Counted from the first letter of the stretch, positions 38,979 to 52,959 are shown. The stretch is 64,000 bases of DNA from Basidiobolus meristosporus CBS 931.73 (GCA_002104905.1 MCFE01000174.1:79068-143067), one strand, 5' to 3'. Numbers and translations are program-made. The notes: generated by a model not told the origin, from the sequence alone.

Positions 38979-40799
38979 ATGTCGGAGGAAGACCTAAAAG
39001 AATGGAGGGCCTCTCGTCAGACCTTTTCAGAGAACATCCGGGAGAAAATTCGGAAGCGTAATTTAATCGGTTCGTCGCAAGCAGCCGACGAGGAGGAGAC
39101 GGAGTCGCCGTGGAAACTGGAACGGACCAGTACACATCAGAGTGGCAACCTACCTGAATACAGCATACGACCGAAATCTACCTTGAAAAATCTGAAATAC
39201 ATCACAAGCTCTATTGAATCCGGAGATCTGGTAACCCTTCGCTTACTTTGTCACCTAACCTATAGATCCATCTCTACACACACACTTTACAAGTAAGAAG
39301 TTGACCCGGGTTTCATAGGAAGACCGAATGGCCAACGTCTACAACGATTATGCACAGCATTTCATTGATACTAGCAAACGACCCCAAAACTTTGTTCGTG
39401 ACGCGGGCCTGTCGCAGCGCTTCGATGAGTCAGTTGAGTGTATGGGAAGTTCAATTGCAACATGCCGCTCAAACAACCGTCGTTTAATCTAGATACCCCA
39501 AGCTCAAAGAACTGGCCAAGCTGAAAAACCAACTGGTCGCAGAGCGGGCGACCCCGCCTATGTATCTACAGGCGGACTTGAGAACTTACGACCTACGTCT
39601 TTTGGACACGAAATTCGATGTGATCCTGATCGACCCGCCGCTCGAAGAGTAAGTCCGGATTTTTCTGCCACCGCGCCACGCCCCGCGCACGCTGACCTTT
39701 TCAAAGATATTGCCGTCGGTCCCCTATGATTGCTGGCACGAACCGAGACTTCTGGACATACGAAGAACTAATATCCTTTCTGCGAAGTTCTGCTTGTCCC
39801 GTCAATGGGCCACATTTGTTCACCGTATGCCTTAACACACATCTAAGCGAGCCTCCGCATTGAAGAGATCGCCGCCAACCCATCGTTCATCTTCATATGG
39901 TCGGGGAGTGCCGAGGGGCTTGACCTCGGTAGAAGGCTGCTCTCCAAGTGGGGCTATCGTAGATGCGAAGATATCGTTTGGACCAAAACGAACCGAACCT
40001 GGGAGGTATGTGATTAAGCTACGCAGGCCTTCGATCTGGATGGATGACTCAACTAGTCCCCAGGGAAGCCGCTTTGTCGAAGGGAAGTCCGTTTTTCAAC
40101 ACACGAAGGAGCATTGCTTAATGGGCATCAAGGGAACGGTGCGCAGAAGCACCGACGGGCATTTCATCCACTGCAATGTCGATACGGACATCATCATCTC
40201 CGAGGAGCCCTCTCATGGAAGTAAGTTGCGCTAAACAACGCTGCCTCATCTCTCCCGAGTTGATGTCCATTCAATGCTAGGTACGGCCAAACCCGAGGAG
40301 ATCTATCACATTATAGAGCATTTCTGTTTGGGCAGACGTAGACTTGAGCTCTTTGGAGAGGTAATACATCAGCATAACGTGACATCGGATCGAATCTCAC
40401 ACCGGAATGCTTCCGTAGAACCACAACATCCGACCTGGCTGGGTCACGGTGGGGCAACGCATCACTGGCTCCAACTACAACTCGACCAAGTTTAACTCCT
40501 ACTTCGCCGGCACCAACGGGCACTTGCTTGGCGGCACTCCAGGTAATCTTCACGCTGGGCATGGCATAAGCTTGTATCTCACCGGAACCTTAACCATCCC
40601 TCGTCCAGAAATCGAGTCCCTTCGGCCACGCTCACCGCCACCTCGAGATGGCTCCAACAAGTCAACCCCAAAGAAAAAGATGAATAACAACATGAATCCC
40701 CCCGGGAACCCGAAATACAACATCTCCCCATCAAACCACCCGGGCTTCAAGAACAGCCCTGGAGGGATGAATCGACCCTATGGTGGGTCCAGGTGGTAG
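38979..40799 (+). CDS. METTL14: m6A methyltransferase complex subunit METTL14/Kar4-like (MT-A70 family), multi-exon
   Basis: [121 protein letters not shown] and [11 protein letters not shown]. Confidence 0.95.
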
Positions 40800-41197
40800 G
40801 TAGCACGCCACCGCTGCTCTACATTATGTGCACTTTCCCCTTTACCTTGTTTTTCATGGATGGTGCTGCATTGATGGTAGGTATCTCCCTCTGAAATGCC
40901 ATGGAATCGATTCAAGAAGCCCATGTATATTATCTCGAAGTGGGTTACTCTTCATTTTGATTTTAATAAACGCTAACGAAACCTCAGTCTGGCTGAGCAA
41001 TGAGAGGGGGGTCGACATGGGAGGGAAGGTTTGGCGCACTGTGATGTTTCAATGAGCATAGGAAACATTGACTGGTGATCTTATTTACAGGCAGAGCGTG
41101 AGCTAAGCTGGGTGTGTTCGCATGTGTATAAATACAAGAAGATGCACAGACAGCCCATCAACTGTGCAGTAGATTATGCTTGGCGGACAGCGTAGGC

Positions 41198-43387
41198 CTA
41201 CGCTGTGCTAGCACTTTCTACAAGATTGCTTGGGCCCTTCATATCCGCCTCTACCAGAGCGACTCTTTCATTAATAGGGGTTCTACAAAATGGACAACTA
41301 GCAATAAGAATAGCGCATAGGGAACAGAGTCCGTCGTGTTTACAAGGGTATAGGGTGACCGTTGAGTGACCATCAAAGCATATTGAACAAGGGTTGGCAT
41401 GGTCGCTGTAGTCAGGCGTGGCGGCTTCTTGAGACGAACGGAGTTCCGAATCCAGCTTGGGATATACACTGGTGAGATAAAGACACTCCGGCAGTCTCCC
41501 ATAGTCGTTGAATGCTCGGAAAGGCTGGTCTGGTGGGTACCTTTGAGACGAGAGGACAGCGTGTTAATATTCTCGAGGTCCCCTGACGAAGCAATGAAGC
41601 ATTACCTGAAAGGATCTTTGCCAAAATTGACATTCACCTGTTGGAAGGAAGTGAGCGAAATGGCCGGATAGAAGCCACCCTCCTCCTCAAATCGCAGCAG
41701 CTGTCGGGCACTAAACTCGAAGGCGGAGCCCAGGTCCTCCCCGTTGAGGAAGAATCGGATCACGCCGTAATCCATATCCAGAAAGATGCCTAGTATGTCT
41801 CCCTCAGTCCACGAATTTGCACCACCGTACGGAATAGGATATCCTTCTGACTGATATTCATAAATGGATTAGATGGCAAATTTCCTGGGAACTTTGTGGT
41901 TGTGATCGGGATGCTTACCCATGCCAGCTTCCTTCGCCCATCGAATGCAAACGAGTGGTCGTCGTCCCCTACTCCGACCCCTTCTTCAGGTCGAAAGGCC
42001 GTATACTTGGTTGCCCACCCGATTTGCATGATTCCGGCGGTCAGCAATTGCACCTCGTAGTACCAGGTTCCCTCTTTCGCACACATCGTTCCTCTAACCG
42101 ATTCGAAGGTGGTGCTATCATTTCGAATCTAAAATCGCCCGTCCGTTTAGCCAAGCTCCGTGCAATGAGCACATGCATAGCAAGCCAGCCATCTCTTACC
42201 TCTAACCCAGTGGGAAGCCACTTCAGTCGTGGCGTCGCATCCAGCCAGTTCAACGTAACATTTACCCCGTCTAGTGCCTCTCTAGTATCCCGAAGATCTT
42301 GATCTTGGTAACGAAGTAGGATTTCGCGGTCAGCTAAGAAATCGGTTACAAACTGACCATAACACCGCTCGACTCTTCTGCAATATATTCATACACATAC
42401 CAAATGCATGGCGTAGCGACCAGGGGGCGCACAAGTCCAACTCACGGAAGCAATGATCTGTTAGGTTGTAACTGTCATGAGATGGCTTGGTCTGTCTCTT
42501 CGCCACATCGCAGACATGCTTGACAACATCTGATCTTAGAATTTTGGCTTTATTGTCACCTACAAGCCGGTTAGAGGTGGCAAATTCTCGGAGTAGTGTG
42601 TGGAGCAAGAGGTTTACCTGTCATGGAAAATTTCTCTAACGCGATCAGGGAAGCAAGCTTGACTTTCTCGTTGTCATCCAGCAATCCTTGAATCAAACTG
42701 TCCAGGACTTCTTCTGTGAATATCATGGCGCTCACTTTCCCTAGAAAACGGCTCAGCATCGCATCCTTTGAAAACATCTCCATGGAAACAACCATACCTG
42801 CAAGGCGCTCGGCCAACACGCTCCATACAATGTAGGCGTTGATTCTGTATCTTTCACGAAGATGTGGTCTAAATAGTGGGGCTGGGACGAGACTCGTTAC
42901 TTTTGATGGAGGCTTGACTATATTATTCCGTTTACTTACTGGTTCTAGTTTTTTGAAGTAGGTAGTAATTGATCCTATGAGCTGTCCTAACAGAGGGTAG
43001 AGCTGCAAGTTCTACGATAGATAGCAGGTCAGTACGTAGGATGAGTAGTAAAAAACTATGAGCTTGCGGTAATCACCAATTATGTGACATAGGAAGGCTG
43101 AGGACAAAGGGTCCTCCTCTTCTAGTACCTCTACCATGGTGAGAACAATCTCAATGAATTCGTTTTCTACAGAAGGCACCTGGTTACGGGAATTTTCAAC
43201 AGAGGCTCCAAAACGATTGTGGCTTACCATCCTGAGACAGAGCAATGAGGATGTCGGTGGCTTCGGAGAGCGCCTCTTTTTCGCTCTCGGGATTCATGCT
43301 TTTGCATGCCTCCTTAATTAAACGGACGTAACGAGTCCGCATGAACGAACCAATTAGGGATCCACTCAATAACCGACGAAGTCCCAT
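41198..43387 (-). CDS. RSPRY1: RING finger and SPRY domain protein, multi-exon
   Basis: EEEDPLSSAFLCHII, VKLASLIALEKFSMTG, SPRY domain (NDSTTFESVRGT...WYYEVQLLTAGIMQIGWAT...GVGDDDHSFAFDG...GDILG) and C-terminal RING CSICFDGHSTVTLYPCKHDGLCSLCA...CPFCR. Confidence 0.88.
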
Positions 43388-46300
43388 CCCGGCTATATGT
43401 ATCCAAGCTGAGGGGACAAGCAGTTACAAAGCTTAGGAGTGCCAACGAGGGAACTAATAACTGGGGCTGCTTAAAGGTGGATATGGTTATCCCTGTAAGC
43501 CCAATGATACACTCAGGTCAAATAGAGGTAGTCTTCGAAAGGACCTAGAATCCGAGGATAAACTTGCGGGGCTGTGGAATCCTCAATCTTTTACTTCACA
43601 AAAAAAGGCAATAAGGGGGTCCTCGCTGGAGGGATGAGCTGATTATATAGCAGGCCTCGGAATGTATTAGGCGATGTAGATCCCAGGAATCGTCAGTAAA
43701 CCGAGTTTTAAGAGCAGACGAACTAATGGAACCAATAGAGATTAAGGCGAATGCGTCGGGAATCAAGTGAACAGAATACGTATTACGTTTGAGGTTTCAG
43801 TGATGTGACAAAATCGGGTTAGACAAGTGACGAAAGGGAATCCAGGTTGATTAGGCGGAAGCAAAATAGATGTTGCGAAAATACCCCATGAAATCTAGGC
43901 GGGTTCGCGTTACTTTTCCAAACAAATCTGCTCCCTCAAATTCGTTTTAGACACCGAGCTGCAAACTGTCTCAGACTGCAGAAGCAAGAAGAATCGGGCA
44001 CCGGGCGAGCCCTTTGGGGGAACTATATATAACGGAGCCATGTCTACATTGGCAACGCATTGGCCTGTAACAGTGGTGTCGGGCTGGCTAACCACTCCGT
44101 TCGCACTTGCAAATCACTGCGCGCGCTTCTGAATGGAAGCCCTGGCTGTCGAATCATTTGGTCCGAGTGCCCATTTTGAAACGAAATCAATCGAGATCGG
44201 CATGCAAGCGGAATGAGGATATTAAATCCAGCGAGAATTAATTAAGGGCTGGCCAATTGCATCCGACCCACTGATTTCATATATCGATCTCCACTGCTTA
44301 GCGGCTCAGCCTAATTCTTCGGTCGAATGGATAGTCGTTTCTGGCCATTCCACGAATTTGTCGCTTCAGCAGAAGATCAGGGTGTGCCAAAGATCGGTGG
44401 CCTTCGGATATCGTGGAAAAATGGTCCGTCTGGCCAGATATGCCCATCCAATGCCAGAAAGGGCGGCTTTCTTTTGTAAAACCGCCTGTATGCTCCAATG
44501 AGCACCCGGCTTCTACCATTAGCCGACGTAGGCGTTTCGCCTATGGATTTGAGTCGACTTTCTGGATTCATTTAGCGTACATTGAGCGGCTTGCAACAAC
44601 TCGTCGACGCGAGGTTTGTGGGCCTCGCCAACCGCAATGCAAATGAATCGATGGCCAGTGAAACGACTCCGTGCATTGTGTTTCCAATGGGGTTTCGAAC
44701 CCATCCAAGAGCGTGTGCATGCTCATAACCTGCGTATGGCACTCGCTGTTGAGTTCGCTGTACAGTTTCAGGAAGCAACTATGAAAGCCCACCACCCATT
44801 CATAATGTCTCTTGACATTAGGTCTCCTACATATTTACTCTGGGTGCGTGATCGGGCCGCCACAGTAGTCCAGGACAAAGCATGTCTAATCTCTTGTCTC
44901 CATGCGCCTGCAGTTGAAGAGGATCGAGGATCAATCGCTAATTAGCACCATCAATTTAACTATACCTTGCCACGATCGATGACGAAAGATAATCGAAGCA
45001 TCTAATGGAGTTACTTCGCAGCTCCCGTTGGCGCTTGCGCTAGACGTAGCCCCTATTTGCGATACGTAGACTGCATTGGAGTAAGGATCCTGAAAATAGA
45101 AAAGAGTGGGGTCTGCTGGCCAGCTCTGGGGAGACTCCATGGTTTAAAATTACTGCCCTGGCGCGATTTTGCATAAACCATCCTGGTAAATAGAGTATTT
45201 GCAGCTTTCATGTATTCATATAAACGCTATGTAAGCATCCTACCGGAAAGCCTTGCCATTTCATTTGGTCAGCGAGTGTGGTCTTCGAATCCTCTACCCA
45301 CCTCAGTCTCGAAGATCAGTAGCGCTCCTTAATTCTGTTTTGAGGTCAAGTTGACATCCCTGTGGATTCTACATGCCACACTATTGAGTTGGGGCATGCG
45401 TGAGTACCGGCTAGTAGAACTTGGATCTGACTCCAGGGTGAACCATTTCCTACCAATCGATCCCATCGTTTCATGGGGGCTCAATGCTCACATTATTCCC
45501 TGGACATCAATGCCATTCATCCGTTATCCTCCGATATCTTGTTTCATACCTTCAGACATTGCACCTGTGAACCACGAATCAAATAGGAAAATAACAGGAC
45601 ATGGCAGAGGAATGATGAGACACAATGGTAATTTCCAGCGGATTTCTGGGATTTGATAGTGATTGCGCATGGTCGAAGCTAGGGAGTTGGTAGGATCAAT
45701 CCATCCTTCAGTTACTGTATTCGAGGATCAGGGTTTGGATTATCCAATCAACCCACAGGCTTTACATCCGTACAGCATAATGAAGTAGCAGGATAGTTCA
45801 CAAATCCATGGCGTGATTCATCAGGAGGTTCGCCGTTTGATGGTATGGTCTGAGAGAGGGCGCCATTTCCGCGGCCTGGAGAGTGAGGCAATTCCATCGG
45901 AAATACGTTTTAGGATCTGCCAACTTACTAGGCGCCTGGCCTATGATCAGGTGTGTCGTGTGAAGCAAAAGACTGCTACCAATCCTGGTCCATCTCGATC
46001 CATGCCTCGAGGCGGGCGCAAAATCGATCGGGAATCTATGGCATGCAATGGGCTGTTGGCTGCTCGCTGGATCAGACCTTCAAGCTTGTGATCCACTGTA
46101 TTCTGCACCACGTAGCATCGGCTACGTCCGGATTGGCTTCCGTAGTAGCAATCGCTCCGCCTTGGGTTGGGGATCACTGGATGTCTTGGGAAGGCTCATA
46201 TCATTCGTAAGCGGAAGGGAGCAGACATCAACACTGATCATCGGCTACATGACCAAGTGCCTAGCGAGGCAAGTAAAGTAGCTGGGCTGCAGGAATGATC

Positions 46301-47511
46301 TGGCCGAGGCTGGCCTTACTATGGAAAAATCTATCGTCTCCTTGATGGGAACACACGCGATCCTTCCTTTACGCTTGCACTCCAAGGCGTCGTACTTTGT
46401 CAAGCCGAGTGCGATTTCCTTATGTAGCCTAGGTGGATTAACCACATTGTGCAATATTGGTGATGGCAACTTAAAACACCATTCAGAAGAGATCCTAGGT
46501 TGTACTCAGACTCTAATTACACAATTAACAGCCAGCCTGTTAATCGTGGCTTCGCCATCTCCTGAGCATCCAGTATGGTGCACTTGAATACCATCTTCCG
46601 CCTAAAGTTTCCATGGCTTCTATTATTACCAAGCCTGCACAGGTTCAATCTGCCGTGCGGGAGAATCCTCATCAATACTGGTTTTCCAAAGAAGCAAGGC
46701 GGTACCGCCAAGAGGTTCCTGCACCACAGAAGGCTTCAGCCAAGAAGTCACACAATTATTCACGTTCGTAGATTGCTCTTATCGACCGTGACACCACACA
46801 CTTGAATTTCCAGCAAATCACTTCATTGGCCCGCGGATGCTTCCCCAATCTAGCCTATCGTATCGTGGCAGCATTCTGTAAAATGTAGGGTGACCTGTCA
46901 TAAAATAGTCTTTAGCTTCCAATTCTGCAGGTTCGAAGTTAAGCTAATCGTATGGTTGATAAGTGCAAGTAACATGATGATTCTGATCCTCTCAGTTGGT
47001 CGCTCTAAATTGACTAATGGCTTCCCGGACAAAATCACGAATCCGAATCGAAAGCTTAAGTGATTATCGCATCCTGAAGGGTAGTCCATCTTCAAATGAG
47101 CAATGTATTGCCCGTAAGATCTGGTGTTTTTTGAACCAAGGGGGTGGGTACAATGTCACTGGGAGCTACGTAATGCAGTTTATTTAGGCAATTGGGACAC
47201 TGTCTCCTAGCTGATTCGAGTTCGTCGATCAGGTTGTCAGATCCACTCATGGAAAGTGCTCATTTCCAGATGAAAAGATAATATATGAGGTGCTATTAAA
47301 TTGAATTGCCTTGGCCATATGCGAAGAATCCGGTTTCTCCCTTCCATACTTGGTACCGGCCACTTCAGCCGCTCCCTTATAAAAGTCAGCGCTCAGCCTG
47401 TTGGCAGTGAACGTGCCTCAAAGGTGTGCTTCTCTTCTCTACAGCTGGTCATTCTTGACGCAGAGTAGATCTTAATTGTGACAGTACGCAGTCCACTTCC
47501 TTTCATCCAGC

Positions 47512-47943
47512 ATGTCAGTGTCTCTTCGCCTCCACCCACTCCAACCCAGAGATAACCAGCTCATCAAAGATTGTGTTATAGAGGTGCTGAAAAGCAGTGG
47601 GAAACATGATCACTCCCTAAACTCCAACAAGAAGATCCCTCCGTTGACCATCTACGACATCGATGCGTTGTCAAAGCGCCTGGCATTCCGTGATGAAGCA
47701 GGGCGCAAACAAGGCAGTCTGATGGACGAGCTCTTTGATGCTTGTGATCTTGGGAAACCGTACCTAGAAGATTTAAAGCTCCCCGATCTTAGCTCAAACA
47801 GCGATTCGACTTCAGACTCCGATACGGATGCCGGCAGCATGTCCAGCTCCAGTACAAGTAGCATCATCCGGGACGATTTCGTCTCGTTCGCTAGATCCTT
47901 GCGTCACAGGCAACAGCCAGCCCCCACTCGCATCTCGACCTAG
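47512..47943 (+). CDS. Hypothetical protein (143 aa, Ser/Asp-rich C-terminal half)
   Basis: ATG-to-stop ORF with protein-like composition and TATAAAAG about 135 bp upstream. No family recognised. Confidence 0.55.
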   Translation: MSVSLRLHPLQPRDNQLIKDCVIEVLKSSGKHDHSLNSNKKIPPLTIYDIDALSKRLAFRDEAGRKQGSLMDELFDACDLGKPYLEDLKLPDLSSNSDSTSDSDTDAGSMSSSSTSSIIRDDFVSFARSLRHRQQPAPTRIST

Positions 47944-50035
47944 GCGAACTGGTGGATCGGCCACATATGTATTATTATCTCTCGGCCGACGGGTTGTTTG
48001 CGTGTTGATCGACCGCCAAAATTCTCCAATACTGCCATGCAGTAGCCTATCTCTATGATCAAATATACAGAATCCAGCCCCGGCCACCACAGCACTGTGG
48101 ATGTAGTAAATCTCAATAAATTCAATCCAGCACACATCCTAAAATGGCAATGCCTTTTTCGCTTCACTCCATGGAAATCGGCCATGCCACGGTTAAGAAA
48201 TCGTTCAAATCAGGCCATGCTCAGGAACAGATCACTTGGTTTTAGTAAATTAAATCCAAATTCCAAGCTTGCTGCTCATTCTCATTGGACTGGAGAGTGA
48301 GAATCAATCCCGACTCTAGCATACAGCAAGAAGACTTTGCTTGCCACAATCCAGTCGGTTTTAGGCGTAGGCCTGTTTAAGCGACGGCAACATTCCCGAG
48401 CCTCGTTTGCCCAGATCGATTGGCGAGTGAAAGCTCCTGTGAAGTCAACCATAGTGTATCCTGATGTGGCCCCGTATGTGAATAGGCCCGCGGAGCGTGA
48501 TCCCGATACATCCCAGGAGATCACAGCTCCATGTCAGTCTGCTGATTACGGGTTTTCGACGCCACGGCTGTGACTCTTGTGTATAGCAGCGTTGATGTGT
48601 ACCCACACACGCTCATATGGGGTGCTTCCTCAGGCCTACGCTTTCTGATTACTTCAAAAGCCCTCCTTGCCATTGGGACCAGTATGGACACTCACAAACC
48701 ATTGCTAGTGTGTTTGTTTGTTTGCAGCATTGCAGCGTAGGTAATAGTGACCTAGCCATCCACTCTGGCCAGCTGGTCGGAAGTCTGAATGTTACCTAAG
48801 GCTAATCTATCTGGATCTCGGAACGGCCCACTCAGTGGTAAGAGGACTTTTACTTTGATTAAACTACTAATCGCCAGAATCTCGGATCGGAGGTGTTGGT
48901 GCGGCCTCACTCCACCTGGTGGTTTATATAGTGAGGCGGAGCTTTGGATCCAGATAGAATGGTGCTACAATTCGCACTCTGATGTTTGTGCAATTGTGGG
49001 TAACCGTACCATGTCCTAGATTCCTTCCTCAGCAAAGCGCTCCTTGCATGATTAGAATCAAATAGAGGGATAAGCGGCAGCCAAATCGATTCAAGATAAT
49101 CATTGTGTAGATGTCAATTGCTACCTACACAATTTTCAGCACAAAGTTATTCTCGGAAACTAATTGGGGATCAATCATAGCCATGCATTATGTGTGTACG
49201 ACTGGAGTAGATGCATTGCTGGCGTTTCCATAGTCCGAATTCCTGATGTGCCGACCTTTCTCACTAAAGAGCACCATAGTTGAGTTCTCACCCACCTGTG
49301 TTACCAATATCTAATTGCATCAAGCAAAATCTTGCATGTTTCAAATAGCAATTAATGCTGGTACATTCTACAGGATTCCATGATACAGTGCCTGGAAGTT
49401 GATCTCCATTGCCAATGGGAGCTTTGTATCTGCTTGAATATCAAATAAAGCTACCTATGAGTCCCCAAGTCTTAGGGAGCGGAATGGCCTTGATGTCAGG
49501 GCCGATGAACCTTTCAGTATAATCGAACAGGTTATGTAATCGTCAATGTTTTTACTGTTTCTGATTTATCATGGATTAGGGTATCAGCCTTTGAGCACGG
49601 AGAGGTCCCACCACCTAATGCAAGGCCTTGGTTAGAAACCAAACTACATAGATAGAGGCTAGCAGGCATGTTGCAAATGAAAAGAATTGTAACTATAACA
49701 AACTTATAAATAGACTTGTTCTGCTGGATATTGCCGCAGAGTGCCAGATTTAAATGGCACTCTACAGCACTATATGGGATCAAGATTACTCGCACGTCAT
49801 AGTGCTCCAGACACATCCTATGAAAATCTCAAATTTGGAATTCATCTAATTTTTTGGTGGTGTTCTGTGGTACTCTAATGGTATTTTGCTGGCATTCAGC
49901 TAGTGTTTTTTACTCAAATTTTTAGTCACAATTTCTGTTGAAAGTAATCAATAGCTTATTACCAAGTCTGGTATGAATACTAGCGCGCCTAGTCTCCTCC
50001 TATAAACTATGTCTGCTTGACTGCTAAATAGCTAG

Positions 50036-50412
50036 TGTGAGTACTAAATGTAGTACCCACTCTTCGCCCAAGAGTTCCCTCAGAGTCCTACCCGAAGTCC
50101 CCCCAGTATCCTCCATATGATTCCCTCACGCGTCCTTCCTCCTATTCCTGCCCTTACCTAGTTGAGACACTTACCATTACAGGAAGGTGTACACACCCCT
50201 ATTTTATAACATGCTGTCTATCACCTAAGCCCCTCCCAGTGAGATATATATATATCTGATTGAGTCAAGATTGTAAGAAGGTTTTTTTGGACATAATAAA
50301 CACAAGTCTTTATTATCTTACCACCTTCTATTGGAAGCTATTCTGAACCAAGTGGTACTGACTTGACCTACAAGCTCTCCCAACTACCAAGTACAGTCAG
50401 TAATAACCCACA
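50036..50412. mobile_element. Solo LTR of family C
   Basis: Homologous to 15663-16036, TGTG...CACA ends, perfect TSD GCTAG. Confidence 0.92.
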
Positions 50413-51022
50413 GCTAGTATCCAAAATATTGAGAGTTGCAAGATTAGAGAAAGTTGTGACTCAGCTAATATTATGATGGTGTTTGGCTGGCTTTTTCTTG
50501 ATTTTTCTTTGTTAGGCACATCTCCCCCATAGCATGTCTTCTTATATGGAAAAATTAAGCATTAATATGGATACTTGCTATTTTGCCTATTCAGCTGCTT
50601 TCTTCTATATATGACTTTCCTCCATATTTACTCTTAAATACTAAATCTCCTGAAAAACTCAAATGTATGCTCTACTCTAACTCCCAAAGGATTAAATATC
50701 TTATTCTAAAGCTTCTGCTTTTTTGTTGTACCATTTCCTGACTTTTTATATGCTATAATACACACTGATCTTGGAATATCCTTTTATACATATGCTGAGC
50801 CTGTTGTATTTGTGTCCCCTCATTCATATCAGCAATGGCTCTTTATCCAAAGTGCCTTTTGTATCTGCCTTCAGCAAAGGGTGCATAAAACCAAATGATA
50901 CTACTGTGAGTACCTGAAAGAGCTTGAAGCATCACATAGCAATCCATATATTTGCCCAAATAAAAGTTGCTTTGGCCTCTGAGATGACTGTAAAATTTTG
51001 CTTCAAGGAGGCCAAATTATCT

Positions 51023-51280
51023 TTAATACAAAACCTGTTGCAAAACACTCTTGAATATAGAATCTTGATGGTGCATATGAGCCTTGTCCTCTAAGCATGC
51101 TCTAGGCCATTCATACCCTCTGTAAGGTGATGACAATGGCCATTGGCTGGCAATGAAAGCACTAGAGTTATCTGTTACCATGTGCACTGGAGTAAACCTT
51201 GTTAGCCATATATGAGTCAGCAGAATTACCGGAATCAAAATGTTAGCTAAAAAAATAGATTCACAGAGAGTGCAAGCCAC
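51023..51280 (-). mobile_element. Possible retroviral-type integrase core remnant
   Basis: HIWLTRFTPVHMVTDNSSAFIA resembles the integrase xxSDNGxxF motif, in a CpG-depleted context. Confidence 0.3.
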
Positions 51281-51448
51281 TAATAAATATGAGACACTTG
51301 ATTGCTTGGTTAGCCTGAAAGAGAGGGTTCAGAGCCTTGTATTGACCTCAATGCTAAGAGCTAAGGTTATTAGTTTGAATTACATTCATTGAAGAAAAAA
51401 TAAGAAAATAGGGTCTTATCAAAAAGGAAGAGACAAATTGCTACATAG

Positions 51449-52849
51449 TATTATATTCAAGAGAAAAGTGTAATAAAGCTTTTGAATAAGTTAACTGAAC
51501 CTAAATGACAACTAAGTGCAGAATCTTAGAATTGTAAAGAGTGACACAAATATTAGCAGAGCGGTCCTTGTCCAATATTGGTCTTATATATAACTGAGTT
51601 GGGCTATCAAGGCAACAGAGTTGGTTTGCTACACAGGCTAGGCTGGGTGTTCTTGAGAGTGCTAGATATGCTAGGCTTGGGTAGAAACTAGAACAGAATT
51701 GTTGAATTCTTAGTTTTGCTAAGACACATTCTTGATTTTGTTGAGACACACACTAAACCAAAAGGTTCAGTGTTGTGCATCAACATTTAAAACTTGGCCA
51801 ATTTCACTCCATTAGGAAATCTAGTACCCAAACTGATTTTCCCTAACCCAAACATAACTAATCCCTGTTATGGTTTATTTTATCACTTCTCAGAATATAC
51901 TTATAGCTGTCACACCTGATCAATTTTCATGTGGTCATTACGTCCTCAACTGATCTGCTAAGCCTTTCCAAGTGATTAGTCATCTGAGATTTATCCAACC
52001 ACTTAGCAGTTGCCAAGACATCAGCTGATTAATGATGCAATTTTTCATTTATCTTATGCACCTATCAGCACCCCAACATATTTCAATTAGTCCAGTCTCT
52101 TGGCGCTTACTAATGCAACTCAATCAAAGAAGTATAAATAAAGTTTATTGAACCTTTTGGTTTAGTGTGTGTCTCAACAAAATTAAAATTGTGCCTCAGC
52201 AAAATTAGGAATTCCACAATTCCGTTCTAGTTCCACCCAAGCCTAGCACATCTAGTATTCCCAAGAACACCAAGCCTAGTCTGTATAGCAAACCAACTCT
52301 GTTGCCCTTATAGCCCAACTCAACTATATACAAAACCAATATTAGACCAGAACTTCTCTGCTAATATTTCTGTCACCCTTGACAATTCTAAGATTCTGCA
52401 CTTAGTTATCACTTAGGTGCAGTTAACTCATTCAAGAGTTTTGTTACACTTTTCTCTTGGATACAACATTCAGTAAACTTTATTTATACTGTTCTGATCA
52501 AGTTGAATCAGTAAGCACCAAGAGACTGGACTACTTGAAATTTGTTGAGGTGTTGATAGGTGCATAAGATAAATGAAAAATTGCATCATTAATCAGCTGA
52601 TGTCTTGGCAACTGCTAAGTAGTTGGATAAATCTCAGATGACTAATCACTTGGAAAGGCTTAGCAGATCAGTTGAGGACGTAATGACCACATGAAAATTG
52701 ATCAGGTGTGACAGCTTAAGTAGATTCTGAGAAGTGATAAAATAAACCATAACAGGGATTAGTTATGTCTGGGTTAGGGAAAATCAGTTTGGGTACTAGA
52801 TTTTCTAATGGAGTGAAATGGGCCAAGTTTTAAATGTTGATGCACAACA
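51449..52849 (-). mobile_element. Solo LTR of family D (~700 bp) split by an inverted LTR of the same family
   Basis: 51449-51770 plus 52474-52849 is the reverse complement of the insert. Outer near-TSD is CATAG/CATAA. Confidence 0.88.
51771..52468 (+). mobile_element. Solo LTR of family D inserted into a family D LTR
   Basis: TGTTG...CAACA ends, perfect TSD TTCAG at 51766-51770 and 52469-52473. Confidence 0.92.
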
Positions 52850-52959
52850 CATAATGATAACCTCCAAAAGAGGTACTCAAGACCCTTGATATGCAACAGC
52901 AGTAAAATTTGTAACAACTTAGATACTATGGTAAGGCTAAAGCAATTCTTGGTAGTTTA

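Noticed and set aside
44300-46800. Possible spliced genes suggested by many short overlapping ORFs
   Set aside because: Several exon combinations were tried; none gave a recognisable protein or a unique gene model.
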